The notes beneath the pieces are model-generated. The model did no database searches and was not told the DNA's origin. It worked only from the letters and a program-made list of their open reading frames with translations. The position numbers and the translations under genes were made by a program. Of a stretch of DNA of 37,802 nt, positions 16,886-26,491 are shown in pieces (within the stretch, counting starts at the first letter, position 1; each line of letters begins with the position of its first letter). The stretch spans positions 1-37,802 of IMG/VR virus record IMGVR_UViG_3300030372_000099; one strand, 5' to 3'. This DNA is from a virus. Lineage: Duplodnaviria > Caudoviricetes.

Positions 16886-19517
16886 TTTCTGTCTCCAATC
16901 TAGGATAAATACCCAAAATTGTCATAGGTAGAGCTTGTGGTTGTTGCACATAAACCAAACCTTCTGTTCCATAGTTTGTATCAAATTCAATAGACTTATC
17001 TCCTGTAAATAAAGGAATAGGTAAATCCATAGGAGATCCACTAGATCTGAAATCTATTGCTGTTAAGTTGGCAGCATTGGGTCCAACACTTGCTCCAACT
17101 GTATTTTGAAATCTAACTGATAAGTCATAAATTCTTTTAGTTTTAGTTTGAGTTGTTTCTGTATAACCTTCGTCTAATCTCATTGTTTGTAAATCAGATG
17201 TATATAATAAACCAACTTTAGCTTGTTCAGTAGAATTGGTTAATGTTATAGCTCCGCTTGAAACTGTTTTTGAATTTTGAGTTGAGCCTTCGCCAATTAT
17301 GTCAACCACCTCTGCTTCTAAATGATCTAAACCAGAAAGACTTGAAGTTAAATCTCCTGTGTAGCTTAATCCACTATCTAAATAATGAAATGCAGTTAAA
17401 TCTTCGTTAAAATTAAATGGTGTAAAATATTCTACATATCTTCTTACAACACCATTAATCCATCTTTTAACTATAATCCAAACTTGATCTTCATCGCTAT
17501 CGCCATCTATTACAGCAACACTTTCTACTTTAGCATGAGTTAAAATATTATCTGTTTGTTCTGATGTATGAGCTGAAGTTAAACTAACATTGGTGCTTAA
17601 AGTTTTATCTGAATAAAGTTTAAATTGATTGTCATCAATTTTTTCAATGTAGTATTTTGTATTTTCAGATAAACCTCCAATAGCTGTTCCTGTATTATCG
17701 TAATAAAAAATATCTCCAGTAGTAAAACCATGAGATGCAGAATAAATAAAATTAGATGAAATATTAACACCTTGATAAATGTATTGAGTTGTGTCTGAAC
17801 TTGGAGCTGAAGTAAAAGATATGGCAGTTCCCGCAGTAGCGTTAGATGCGGTTGTTGCTAATTTGATTGTGTTACTATCTGATGCGATAGCAAAATATAA
17901 TGTTGAATTATTTAAACCACCAATAATATTACTAGCTGCATAATAATAAACTGGATCGCCAGTAGATAATCCGTGTGATGTTAAAGTTATAGTGTTGTTA
18001 GTTGTATTAACAACTGTAGTATTTGATGTAAAAGAAATTTGTTGATGAATAATATTTTTTGTTGTGTCTGATTTACCACCGATAATATGTCTGTGCCAGG
18101 CTACTACATTTTCTAATCTATTATAAGTTAAACCAGCTAATACTCCGTCTGTTCTTGCTCCCCAAACTACAGAGTAAGGTTCTTGCTGATAATCCATTTG
18201 CACTACACCACTTTCTGTAATATGATCCGCCAAAATTGTTAAGTCTGGTGCAGTATAACCATCCGTGTCAAAGTTATAAGCAAGCTCTCTAACTTTTCTT
18301 TTAGCTCTTTGTAGAAATATAGTTGCGTTTCCAATTGATAAAGCATCCACACCCGCAGAACCATAATTAGATTGTTTTCTGATATTAATATTGGTTGGAG
18401 TAATTGCATCCTGGTTAGCTCCAGAACTAACAGCATATTCGCCACCCGTTGTCATGCAAATTAAAGTTCTTGTAGCTTTTAATGATTTAATCGCATTAAC
18501 TTGGTTTGATGCAATTGTATAAACCATAGCATCGTCAGCATCTGTACCAGATGTCATATTCTCATAATCTCCAGATTTTGAGAAAAACATTGTTTGAGGT
18601 TGATCTGTTGTTGCTGCAAATACTAATCTTTGTTCAAAGAAAGAAACGGAAGATGGATGACCCGTGGTATCGGAAAAGGAACCAAGTTGAAAAGATGCTG
18701 TGGCATCGGTATTGGTAAAAGCATCTGTAATTGTGCAGACTACAACTGTGGTATTTGTTCTAGCTGTAATCTTTGCTTCGCCACCATTAAATTTTATTAT
18801 TCTGCCAACATCTTTAGTTCCAAAATCTACTTCTGTTAATGTCCAGGAAGTATGACCCGTTCTTGAAAGTTTCATTACTTCATGGGAGTTGTGGCAGATA
18901 TACATAACATCTGCGGATTGTGCGAATTTTAAATCGAAAAGTTGAGCTGTAGTATATTCAGTTGTAATTTGATAAATTTTGTTTGCAATTCCACCAGATG
19001 AATAAGCTGTGTAGCCAGATGAATTAATATCTGTACCATCAACATTTTGCAGTTCAAAAGTATTAGTGGTTTTGTCAGCTACTTTAAAAGTTTTACCATT
19101 TACCTCTGTCATACCAACAACTCCAGAAATATTTACAAAATCTCCATTAGAATAACCATGTGAGCTAGATGTAACTACAGCTGGATTAGCAGCAGTAATT
19201 GCAGTAATAGTTTTATTACCTTCTGTAATTTGACCATTGTCTTTAAAAAAACGAATATATTGATTACCAAACTCTAAGATGTAAGTTTGTTCAGTTGAAA
19301 AAGAAAAGGGAATTAATCTTGTTGAATTAGCAGATGTTTTAACTTCAGAAACAAAATAAGTTCCTGGTCGTCTTGTTACTGGTCCATGTGGTAATACAAC
19401 AAAATTTTCAATATTTGAGGCTCCGTTAAAATATTTAGCAAAGTCTGTACGACCTTCCATAGATGATGAAAGCTCCCCAGCCGTAAAGCTAGGTATGCTT
19501 AAAAGTTGTTTAGGCAT
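16878..19517 (-). CDS. Tail tubular protein B (nozzle, gp12-like) with inserted beta domains
   Basis: SFTAGELS, GPVTRRPGT, FFEQRL and AWHRH motifs; HG(Y/L/F)xxGD inserts. Confidence 0.9.
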   Translation of the reverse strand: MPKQLLSIPSFTAGELSSSMEGRTDFAKYFNGASNIENFVVLPHGPVTRRPGTYFVSEVKTSANSTRLIPFSFSTEQTYILEFGNQYIRFFKDNGQITEGNKTITAITAANPAVVTSSSHGYSNGDFVNISGVVGMTEVNGKTFKVADKTTNTFELQNVDGTDINSSGYTAYSSGGIANKIYQITTEYTTAQLFDLKFAQSADVMYICHNSHEVMKLSRTGHTSWTLTEVDFGTKDVGRIIKFNGGEAKITARTNTTVVVCTITDAFTNTDATASFQLGSFSDTTGHPSSVSFFEQRLVFAATTDQPQTMFFSKSGDYENMTSGTDADDAMVYTIASNQVNAIKSLKATRTLICMTTGGEYAVSSGANQDAITPTNINIRKQSNYGSAGVDALSIGNATIFLQRAKRKVRELAYNFDTDGYTAPDLTILADHITESGVVQMDYQQEPYSVVWGARTDGVLAGLTYNRLENVVAWHRHIIGGKSDTTKNIIHQQISFTSNTTVVNTTNNTITLTSHGLSTGDPVYYYAASNIIGGLNNSTLYFAIASDSNTIKLATTASNATAGTAISFTSAPSSDTTQYIYQGVNISSNFIYSASHGFTTGDIFYYDNTGTAIGGLSENTKYYIEKIDDNQFKLYSDKTLSTNVSLTSAHTSEQTDNILTHAKVESVAVIDGDSDEDQVWIIVKRWINGVVRRYVEYFTPFNFNEDLTAFHYLDSGLSYTGDLTSSLSGLDHLEAEVVDIIGEGSTQNSKTVSSGAITLTNSTEQAKVGLLYTSDLQTMRLDEGYTETTQTKTKRIYDLSVRFQNTVGASVGPNAANLTAIDFRSSGSPMDLPIPLFTGDKSIEFDTNYGTEGLVYVQQPQALPMTILGIYPRLETESV

Positions 19518-19519
19518 AT

Positions 19520-20101
19520 TTAGTATCTACTGTTTATAAAATCTTCAGTTATTATTTGATCTGTTGGTGCTAGAGTTGGATCCGTGTTATATCCTTCGCT
19601 AGCGTCTGTGTGTCTTGCTTCAGATAATTTAGCTTGGTATTTTTCAGTCATTATTTTTGCAACTTGTAAATTAGAAGTTATAGCATAAGCCATATCTTGA
19701 GCTAGAGCTGCTGATATAGTTTCTCTTAATAAAATATCTAACTGATTTACATCTGTTTCAATAGCTAGATAAATTAAATAAACTGTACTTTGCTCTATTA
19801 ATAATTTTCTACCTTCTATTTTATAATCTGAATTGTAATCTTTAATTTGTAAAACACGCAAGCAATCACTTGGTAAAGTATATTGATAAGAAAAACCCCA
19901 AGCTGGAGTATCGCTATCTTGTGCTAATTGAACTCTTTTTACTAAGCAGTTCCAAGGATGAGATCTATAAACTGCATCTCTAATTGTTTCATATCTTTCG
20001 TTGCATATTCTTGCATTTTTAGAATTTTCAGTAAGAGCTGTTATTGAACTTGCTCCTAATTGGTTTAACGCACTATTACATATCTGAACCACAGATGCCA
20101 T
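19520..20101 (-). CDS. Tail tubular protein A (adaptor, gp11-like)
   Basis: ICNSALNQLG, HPWNC and YTLPSDCLRV motifs. Confidence 0.9.
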   Translation of the reverse strand: MASVVQICNSALNQLGASSITALTENSKNARICNERYETIRDAVYRSHPWNCLVKRVQLAQDSDTPAWGFSYQYTLPSDCLRVLQIKDYNSDYKIEGRKLLIEQSTVYLIYLAIETDVNQLDILLRETISAALAQDMAYAITSNLQVAKIMTEKYQAKLSEARHTDASEGYNTDPTLAPTDQIITEDFINSRY

Positions 20102-20230
20102 CTATTTCCATCCTTTTTTCATAGCAGTATATGCTTTTTTAGAAACTGTTGATTTTGATTTTGGTCTTGAAGTTCCAGCTCTACGTCTTTTGTTAATGTT
20201 TGCTACTAATGAGTTTTTTTTGTAAGCCAT
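20102..20230 (-). CDS. Small basic protein (42 aa)
   Basis: Manual translation MAYKKNSLVANINKRRRAGTSRPKSKSTVSKKAYTAMKKGWK; AAGGA SD; abuts both neighbours. Confidence 0.75.
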   Translation of the reverse strand: MAYKKNSLVANINKRRRAGTSRPKSKSTVSKKAYTAMKKGWK

Positions 20231-20231
20231 G

Positions 20232-20438
20232 TTATTCCTTTTTAATTATATATTTTCTTCTTAACTTTCTTGGTTTAACCAAAGCAAATATTTCTGCTTC
20301 TGTTAATTCTTGTTTCGTATCAAAACCATAATGGTTTTTATTGTCGTTCTTAAATCGATCAACTAAAACATATCTATAAATATAATTGCCACTTTTAAAG
20401 TGTAAGATAAGTTTTGGTTTATCTATTTTTTTTGTCAT
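20232..20438 (-). CDS. Hypothetical protein, YxYRYVLVD motif
   Basis: 68-aa ORF; paralog of 1243-1536. Confidence 0.75.
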   Translation of the reverse strand: MTKKIDKPKLILHFKSGNYIYRYVLVDRFKNDNKNHYGFDTKQELTEAEIFALVKPRKLRRKYIIKKE

Positions 20439-20445
20439 TGCATCC

Positions 20446-20477
20446 TAGGCGGGTTCCACTCTCGCTTTCCCCGCCTA
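20446..20477 (-). promoter_or_regulatory. GC-rich hairpin with purine internal loop and GAGA tetraloop
   Basis: Minus strand TAGGCGGG-GAAA-GC-GAGA-GT-GGAA-CCCGCCTA; no U-tract follows on this strand. Confidence 0.6.
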
Positions 20478-20490
20478 AAATTCTTTTATG

Positions 20491-20982
20491 TTAGTCTACG
20501 ATGTAAGTTATTACACCAGATAGATCATCGCCATCTACTAAAGCACCTATTGCTAGAGCTTTAATGACAACTCCGTCTCTACTTTCAAATGTATGGTTAC
20601 CACCAAGCAATCTAGTTGCAGCAGTATTACCTTCCATTGAAAAGTATCCAACAGAATCTACGTCTAAACCATCTACCATTCCATCGACATCAGCAGCAAC
20701 TGTGTCTCCGTTAAGATCAGTATATGCTTCCCATCCAATATCCATTGTTTGTGAACTAGTTACCCAGTTACAATAGAATCTTGATAGACCGCCTATAATT
20801 TTAACTTTACCCGCTGGCAATTTGCCAAGAGTTACAGTTGAGTTAGCATCCCCCGCGCCATCCTGATCGTGAGTAAAAGCTAAAGTTCTTAATTTACCTT
20901 TATCTCCAGTTGTATCAGCTTTGACGATAGGAGTTGCTGTTGCGTTAGTATACTCTGTACTTTTTTGTGTTGTTACAGCCAT
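20491..20982 (-). CDS. Minor capsid/decoration protein (Bbp16-like position)
   Basis: Beta-rich 163 aa directly after the capsid gene; LGKLPAG motif and ITYIVD end. Confidence 0.65.
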   Translation of the reverse strand: MAVTTQKSTEYTNATATPIVKADTTGDKGKLRTLAFTHDQDGAGDANSTVTLGKLPAGKVKIIGGLSRFYCNWVTSSQTMDIGWEAYTDLNGDTVAADVDGMVDGLDVDSVGYFSMEGNTAATRLLGGNHTFESRDGVVIKALAIGALVDGDDLSGVITYIVD

Positions 20983-20997
20983 GTTATATTTCTCCTA

Positions 20998-21873
20998 TTA
21001 TGCTTCATGACAAGGGATTTGAACAACTTTTTTCTCTTCCATTCTTACAGCACCTAGTGACATACAATAGTACACTTGTGTTGAGTAAGACTTGTCAGCT
21101 CTTTCAGAGATTTTTGCAGATATATCTTTTCCCATGCCAAGTTTAATAGCATCTTCAGTATAAGCAAAAACTAATCTGTCAGTAGTATTAGTTGCATCCT
21201 TGTTCAATCGTGTTGACATTATAAACTCAAATCCTAAGTAACTAGAAATATCTCCTTGTGCCAATGCTTTTACAGTATTGAAATCACTTGAAGTTACTTG
21301 CGTAGTACCTAACAGATCTGATACTTGTTGTGGTCCGCAAACAATGTATCTCTTTAAAGATGGATCTACATCGTTATCATCCATGATTTTCTTCGCAGAC
21401 AAAAGTTTAGCAATAGTCAAACCATCTGATTGGTCTGAAGTTGCTGTTTTTTGACTTGAAGGTAATGCAGTAGATGTACCACCAGCTACACCAGTTGATG
21501 CAGACGCATTCATCGCTGTAATAATTACATCGTCAATACTTCTGTTCATAGCTGCTGCCGCTGCTCTTGCGTATGAACTTGTAGGATCCACAAGCATTCT
21601 AACTTTGTCGACATCGTCAACTAAGTCAGCCCACTCGTAATCAGCCAAGCTCAATCTTCTTCTGCTGTGAGGCGTATCTATTTGTGGTGTATCGCCATGT
21701 CTGCTCGTTCTTAATTGAGCAGCTGTTACTCCGACTTGGTCGAAGAAAGCGTTTTTACCATTAATAGTTTCCACATCAACAGAACCTCTAAGTTTACTTC
21801 CCATTTGTTGAGAAAGCATAGATACATTTGAACTATACTGCTCAACGAAAGAAGTAGTAATTTGAATAGACAT
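20998..21873 (-). CDS. Major capsid protein
   Basis: FVEQYSSNV, QQMGSKLR, DKVRMLVDPTSSY and GAVRMEEKKV; strong AAGGAG SD. Confidence 0.93.
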   Translation of the reverse strand: MSIQITTSFVEQYSSNVSMLSQQMGSKLRGSVDVETINGKNAFFDQVGVTAAQLRTSRHGDTPQIDTPHSRRRLSLADYEWADLVDDVDKVRMLVDPTSSYARAAAAAMNRSIDDVIITAMNASASTGVAGGTSTALPSSQKTATSDQSDGLTIAKLLSAKKIMDDNDVDPSLKRYIVCGPQQVSDLLGTTQVTSSDFNTVKALAQGDISSYLGFEFIMSTRLNKDATNTTDRLVFAYTEDAIKLGMGKDISAKISERADKSYSTQVYYCMSLGAVRMEEKKVVQIPCHEA

Positions 21874-22012
21874 ACTATTCTCCTTTTTCTTTGGTTGTTG
21901 TTAATGTAATCGGCTGATTATCCTTGCGGGTCGAAACCTGGTTTTTACATCTTTTAGATGCTAGTCTTTCCTAACGTCAACTAGGGTCTTGCGATTATCC
22001 TAATATTTTCAG
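21874..22012 (-). promoter_or_regulatory. Structured 5' leader of the capsid gene
   Basis: Two GCAA-capped hairpins sharing GGAUAAUC/GACCC, plus a CAUCU/AGAUG hairpin. Confidence 0.6.
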
Positions 22013-22849
22013 CTATACTTGATTTTTCTTTTCTCGTAAAGCTAAAACTTCTTGAACTGCTACTTGATGGTTTGGATGGTTTTTATCCCAATAAGCCGAA
22101 CCCGTCTGCGTCAGTTCTCCAATTTGTTTTTCAATTTGGTTTGGCGTTAGATAAGTTGGTCCAGATGCTTGAACTATGCTATCTTCCCCCATTTTATTTG
22201 CTAATTCTGCAAATGCTTTAATCATAACTGGATGATCTCCCAGTTTAGTTCCATCAGCTAAATTAGCATCTAAAAGTTCTGTAGCACCAACTGATTTTGC
22301 TAATGTTGCTGCTTGTGAAACCTTTTGATCAAATGCTTGACCCCACTCTTGTTTAAGTTCTTTTGTGCTAGTTTCTCTAGCAGCAAGAGCTTTACTGTCA
22401 GCATCTTGTAAAGATTTAGCTGTTATATCATTATAAAATTTAACCATGCCTTGAGCTTGTCCAGGAAGTAATCCTAGCTTATGAGCTTGGGTCGAAAATT
22501 CTTTTAATGATGCCTCATCCACTTGTTTATCTTGCGGTAAGTCAAATTTATATCCATCCGCAGTTTTTGGTCTGCCTAGTTTTTCATAAACTGCATCCCA
22601 ATCTTTATCCGTTGCGTATTTGTTTGGAACTGGAATTTTATCCGATCCAACCATTTTTTGTGCATGGACATAAGATTTTGCTAAACCTTCTACATCTTTA
22701 ATATTTTCTAAAGATTTATCAGATCTTATTTCATCAGAAAGACTTGCTTTCCAATCTGTTGTTGCTTGTGGAGTTTCTGTTTTAGGGTCTCCAGACAGTA
22801 CCGATGGTTGTTCAACGGGAGCTGCTACCTCTTGATTTTCGCTTGACAT
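22013..22849 (-). CDS. Capsid scaffolding protein
   Basis: LAKSYVHAQKMVG, KLGRP, LKQEWG and YWDKNHPNH; between portal and capsid genes. Confidence 0.85.
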   Translation of the reverse strand: MSSENQEVAAPVEQPSVLSGDPKTETPQATTDWKASLSDEIRSDKSLENIKDVEGLAKSYVHAQKMVGSDKIPVPNKYATDKDWDAVYEKLGRPKTADGYKFDLPQDKQVDEASLKEFSTQAHKLGLLPGQAQGMVKFYNDITAKSLQDADSKALAARETSTKELKQEWGQAFDQKVSQAATLAKSVGATELLDANLADGTKLGDHPVMIKAFAELANKMGEDSIVQASGPTYLTPNQIEKQIGELTQTGSAYWDKNHPNHQVAVQEVLALREKKNQV

Positions 22850-22851
22850 TT

Positions 22852-23064
22852 TTATTCTCCTTTTTTGTTAAGCATATTTTTAATAAACAAGACTACTGAT
22901 CTTGTTCCTTCTAAAAATGCACTTTCATGACTATCTCCTTTAACATGAGTAGTTGAGTGAAAGCTGCACCTCTTTTCCAAATCTTCCAAAACTTTTTTAC
23001 CATGGTCAGATTCAAAAACTTGTTTGTAAGCAATAATTAATTGCTTTAGATCATCTTTATTCAT
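22852..23064 (-). CDS. Bbp19-like protein
   Basis: YKQVFESDHGKKVLEDL...AFLEGTRSVVLFI; follows the portal. Confidence 0.8.
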   Translation of the reverse strand: MNKDDLKQLIIAYKQVFESDHGKKVLEDLEKRCSFHSTTHVKGDSHESAFLEGTRSVVLFIKNMLNKKGE

Positions 23065-24655
23065 TGGCTACCTTTAGAGCTGGTGCTACTTTACCCGCAG
23101 CTTCAGCAACTTGCTGAGCTTGTTGTAATTGCATTTGCTCCATTTCGGCAGCTTGTTTCTGTTGTTGTATTTGTTGAACTTCTCCTTTTGATCTCATAAT
23201 TTTAGCTGGTAATCCTAAAACATCTGTAACATGACTAACTAAACCATCTATATCTATGTAATCAAATACTGGTGCAATATTTTGCATTGAACCAAATATT
23301 TCTATACCTCTCATAATAGATGAAAGCTCTTGTGTCTTTTGAGCTTTGGCTAATGGAGATACATATTCAATTTCAATATCCTGGTCGCCTAACATTTCTG
23401 GCGGCTGTGGAAATTTACCATTTTTAAATAATAAATTAAAACTTCTAGTTATTAAAGGCTGCAACAATTCAGATTGTAATCTACCTAAAACTGGACCCAG
23501 TAATCTCATCTTCTCTTCAGTTCTCTGCATAACCTCTGTTGCTGTCATGTTTTGACCCTGGACAGTCATTAGTTGATCTACAAAAAAGTTTTCTCTAATA
23601 GCTTTTCTTCTTTGATCTTCCATTTGTAAACCAACAGGATTATTAGATCCAATTTGTAATGGTTCAATTCTTTCCCTGGTTCCAGATCTATAGAAATTTA
23701 ATCCACCAGGAACAGTTCTAATTGGTAAAATAAAACCATCATCAGGAACCATTAAAGGTGGGTCAATTTGTTTTTGAGCTGCTTTGATTGAAACTTTAGA
23801 CATTGTATTCAACATCTTAGTATCTGGTAAAGCATTCATCGCTGGCGATCTGCCGTAAATTTCATTGGATGAAGTTTTTAAATATCTTGGAACTACATAA
23901 GGAAATTCTTTAAAACCACTTTCTTTTAATAAAGTTCCTGTCTTTTCGTGGACATGGCAAGATACCCAATCCATATTTTTACTATTATCATATCCCATCT
24001 TAACTTCGTTAGGATAAACTGAATGTAAAATTACAGCATCTTCGTGGGGAGCTTTTTCTATATCCGCCACTATTGCTCTTGGCAATTCCGCATCTGGATA
24101 CATTGAAGGAATATTTTTATTCTGTAAATTAAATCTTCTTGTTAAGCTATCTACTAATCCTTTTTCATTTTCAGTTATAAATATTTCTGAAATATGAATT
24201 GTTTTAAATCTTAAATCATCCTTAACATCATCTGTAATAAACATTGCAGAAGTACCAAACGCTAAAAGCTCATGGTAAAGTTCAAAAATTTCTTGCTGAA
24301 AATTAGATCTTGAAAATGCTTGCTGCATAATTTTTGCACAGCTCTCTAACCATTCTCTTGCTGTATCATCTTCATTCGTTGCATCGTTTCTAAACTTTAA
24401 AATAAACCACGGAGAAATAGTATTAGTCAACATACCATTTAAACTAGCGGATAATAATTCTAATGCGTGAGTAGCTGTACCATCATAAACCTGGTCATGC
24501 CTTTTATCTCCCTTAGTATGTTTTATGGTAATATTTGCTTTTCTTGGTAAGAAATAATCTGCAATATCTTGCCAATGATCTTCCCAGGTAACTCTTTTTG
24601 CTTTAAGAGTTTTATACCTTTCAATAATCATTTTTGCTTTTGGATCTTGTGCCAT
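23057..24655 (-). CDS. Portal (head-to-tail connector), T7 gp8/Bbp21-like
   Basis: YGRSPAM, MTATEV, LGPVLGRLQSELLQPLI and IEYVSPLAKAQ. Confidence 0.95.
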   Translation of the reverse strand: MAQDPKAKMIIERYKTLKAKRVTWEDHWQDIADYFLPRKANITIKHTKGDKRHDQVYDGTATHALELLSASLNGMLTNTISPWFILKFRNDATNEDDTAREWLESCAKIMQQAFSRSNFQQEIFELYHELLAFGTSAMFITDDVKDDLRFKTIHISEIFITENEKGLVDSLTRRFNLQNKNIPSMYPDAELPRAIVADIEKAPHEDAVILHSVYPNEVKMGYDNSKNMDWVSCHVHEKTGTLLKESGFKEFPYVVPRYLKTSSNEIYGRSPAMNALPDTKMLNTMSKVSIKAAQKQIDPPLMVPDDGFILPIRTVPGGLNFYRSGTRERIEPLQIGSNNPVGLQMEDQRRKAIRENFFVDQLMTVQGQNMTATEVMQRTEEKMRLLGPVLGRLQSELLQPLITRSFNLLFKNGKFPQPPEMLGDQDIEIEYVSPLAKAQKTQELSSIMRGIEIFGSMQNIAPVFDYIDIDGLVSHVTDVLGLPAKIMRSKGEVQQIQQQKQAAEMEQMQLQQAQQVAEAAGKVAPALKVANE

Positions 24656-24868
24656 TTACCCTCCGAGTAATGATTTCTTGCTTGTTGTTAATGCGTTATC
24701 GCCTAAACCTTTTGCTCCAGTTAATATTGTAGATGATCTACCTTTACCTCGCATAATACCCGTAGCATCAGTTGTTGTTGCTTGTGATACTTCAGCTTTT
24801 GTTGGAGCTGGCGTATAAACTGCTGCTGGTGGTGCTGGTGGTTTTGGTCTTGATATAACTCCTCCCAT
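24656..24868 (-). CDS. Small Pro-rich virion-associated protein
   Basis: MGG...PKPPAPP...GRSSTILT...KKSLLGG. Confidence 0.8.
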   Translation of the reverse strand: MGGVISRPKPPAPPAAVYTPAPTKAEVSQATTTDATGIMRGKGRSSTILTGAKGLGDNALTTSKKSLLGG

Positions 24869-24869
24869 A

Positions 24870-25094
24870 CTATCCTCCTAATAAAGTTTTCTTTGTTGAA
24901 TATTCGTCATCTTCTAAACCTTTTGCTGAGGTTAGAATAGTTGCAGATCTACCTACTCTACCAGCTCTTATCTTATCTCTTTTTGCTTTAGCAGCTTCAG
25001 CTCTATCCGTATCCTCATAACTAGGTGGTTCTGGTAAAGGCTGAACTGGCGGTATTGGTGGCATTGCTGGTATCGTTGGTTTTAAAAATCCCAT
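24870..25094 (-). CDS. Small Pro-rich virion-associated protein (paralog of 24656-24868)
   Basis: MGFLKP...GRSATILT...KKTLLGG. Confidence 0.8.
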   Translation of the reverse strand: MGFLKPTIPAMPPIPPVQPLPEPPSYEDTDRAEAAKAKRDKIRAGRVGRSATILTSAKGLEDDEYSTKKTLLGG

Positions 25095-25096
25095 AC

Positions 25097-26374
25097 TTAT
25101 TCTCCGTGTATTGTATAATCATTGACAGCTAATTTCTGAGCCGCAATTTTGTTTTTTGGTAATTCAGTAATTCCTAAAGCTAAATATCTCATAGCATCGC
25201 AAGCATGAGAACTCCAATCTTTTTGAGGTTTATTACTAAACATTTTCATTTTTTCATTGTACTTTCTATGATGGTGTCTTAACGCATCTATCAATGGTTT
25301 TGTGTTTTCTATATCAAACCAACACTTAGGTAAAACCATTTTTAAATTATGGATCCCATCCTCTAGGTTTATTTTAGGTAAAACCTTAAACCTTATTCCC
25401 AATTGGTAAGCTACCTCTCTTCTGCTCTTACCACTTGAAAATTCTGTAACTTCCAAGTCGTGAGGTGCAAAATGATCTCCGTAATAATAATCTTTATCCT
25501 TTACCAACTGGATATAATGCGGCAACCCTTCTCGGTTATTTTCATAATAATCAATAACCAAAATCTGGTTTCCTAACTGCTGGAAAAATATTATTGATGT
25601 ACTATCATCAACTCCTAAATCCCAGGCTGTATGAACCAATAAAGCTGGATCATATGCAAGTCTTGTTAATTGTTTTTTTTCTTCAAGTGATCTTATAATA
25701 TCTCCATAGATTGCTCCTTCAATATTTGCAATCCAATCGCACTCAAATTCTTGTTTATACTTTGCATCTCCCATTTGAGCTTTTGCCGCATCTAGCTCTT
25801 CCTGGTCGATAATTTTTGTCTCGCTTGCTTTAGCCGTGTAAGCAAACCACTTATCATCTGATAAAGCGTGCTGGTATAAATCATAAAATATATTTGTCAT
25901 CCCAGCTGGAGTACCTATGAAGTAACAGAAACCCTTACGATCACTTAGAGCTGGTCTAATTATTTCATTCCACAACCTCGGATCTATTTGAGCAACCTCA
26001 TCTATACAAACTCCGTCAAGGAATAATCCCCTTAGTGAATCTGGCTGTTCAGAAGATAACAAGGTTATTCTGCTGCCATTTGGTAAATCACATCTTAATT
26101 CTGTTTCGTTAAACTTAACCCCAGGTATTCCTCCCGCAAACATTTTCATATAATCCCAAGCAATACTCTTTGCTTGTTTATAAGTTGGTGCAATATAGGC
26201 AAACCTCGGGTTTTTCAACTTATGTGTCAGAGCTGCACGGATAAGGTGGTTTATTATAGCCACGCTTTTCCCGAACCTTCTATGACAAGAAAGTACAGCA
26301 AACCTATACTTATCCAGGTTCTGATGTAGCTCCGCCTGGAGTGGTCTCGGTGTATAGGGTATTTGTACTTTCAT
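25097..26374 (-). CDS. terL: Terminase large subunit
   Basis: Walker A HRRFGKS, Walker B VCIDE, GTP coupling motif, nuclease motifs WDLG and SHACDAMRY. Confidence 0.96.
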   Translation of the reverse strand: MKVQIPYTPRPLQAELHQNLDKYRFAVLSCHRRFGKSVAIINHLIRAALTHKLKNPRFAYIAPTYKQAKSIAWDYMKMFAGGIPGVKFNETELRCDLPNGSRITLLSSEQPDSLRGLFLDGVCIDEVAQIDPRLWNEIIRPALSDRKGFCYFIGTPAGMTNIFYDLYQHALSDDKWFAYTAKASETKIIDQEELDAAKAQMGDAKYKQEFECDWIANIEGAIYGDIIRSLEEKKQLTRLAYDPALLVHTAWDLGVDDSTSIIFFQQLGNQILVIDYYENNREGLPHYIQLVKDKDYYYGDHFAPHDLEVTEFSSGKSRREVAYQLGIRFKVLPKINLEDGIHNLKMVLPKCWFDIENTKPLIDALRHHHRKYNEKMKMFSNKPQKDWSSHACDAMRYLALGITELPKNKIAAQKLAVNDYTIHGE

Positions 26375-26375
26375 T

Positions 26376-26480
26376 TTATAAAACTGCCAAAATTACTATC
26401 AAAGCCGCAACACCGATCACAACTTTTTTATGATCTCTCCAATAATGTTTAGCTTCATGAATAATTAAATTTATATCCAT
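26376..26480 (-). CDS. Small membrane protein (34 aa)
   Basis: Manual translation MDINLIIHEAKHYWRDHKKVVIGVAALIVILAVL; GGGGGA SD. Confidence 0.65.
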   Translation of the reverse strand: MDINLIIHEAKHYWRDHKKVVIGVAALIVILAVL

Positions 26481-26491
26481 CTATCCCCCTT

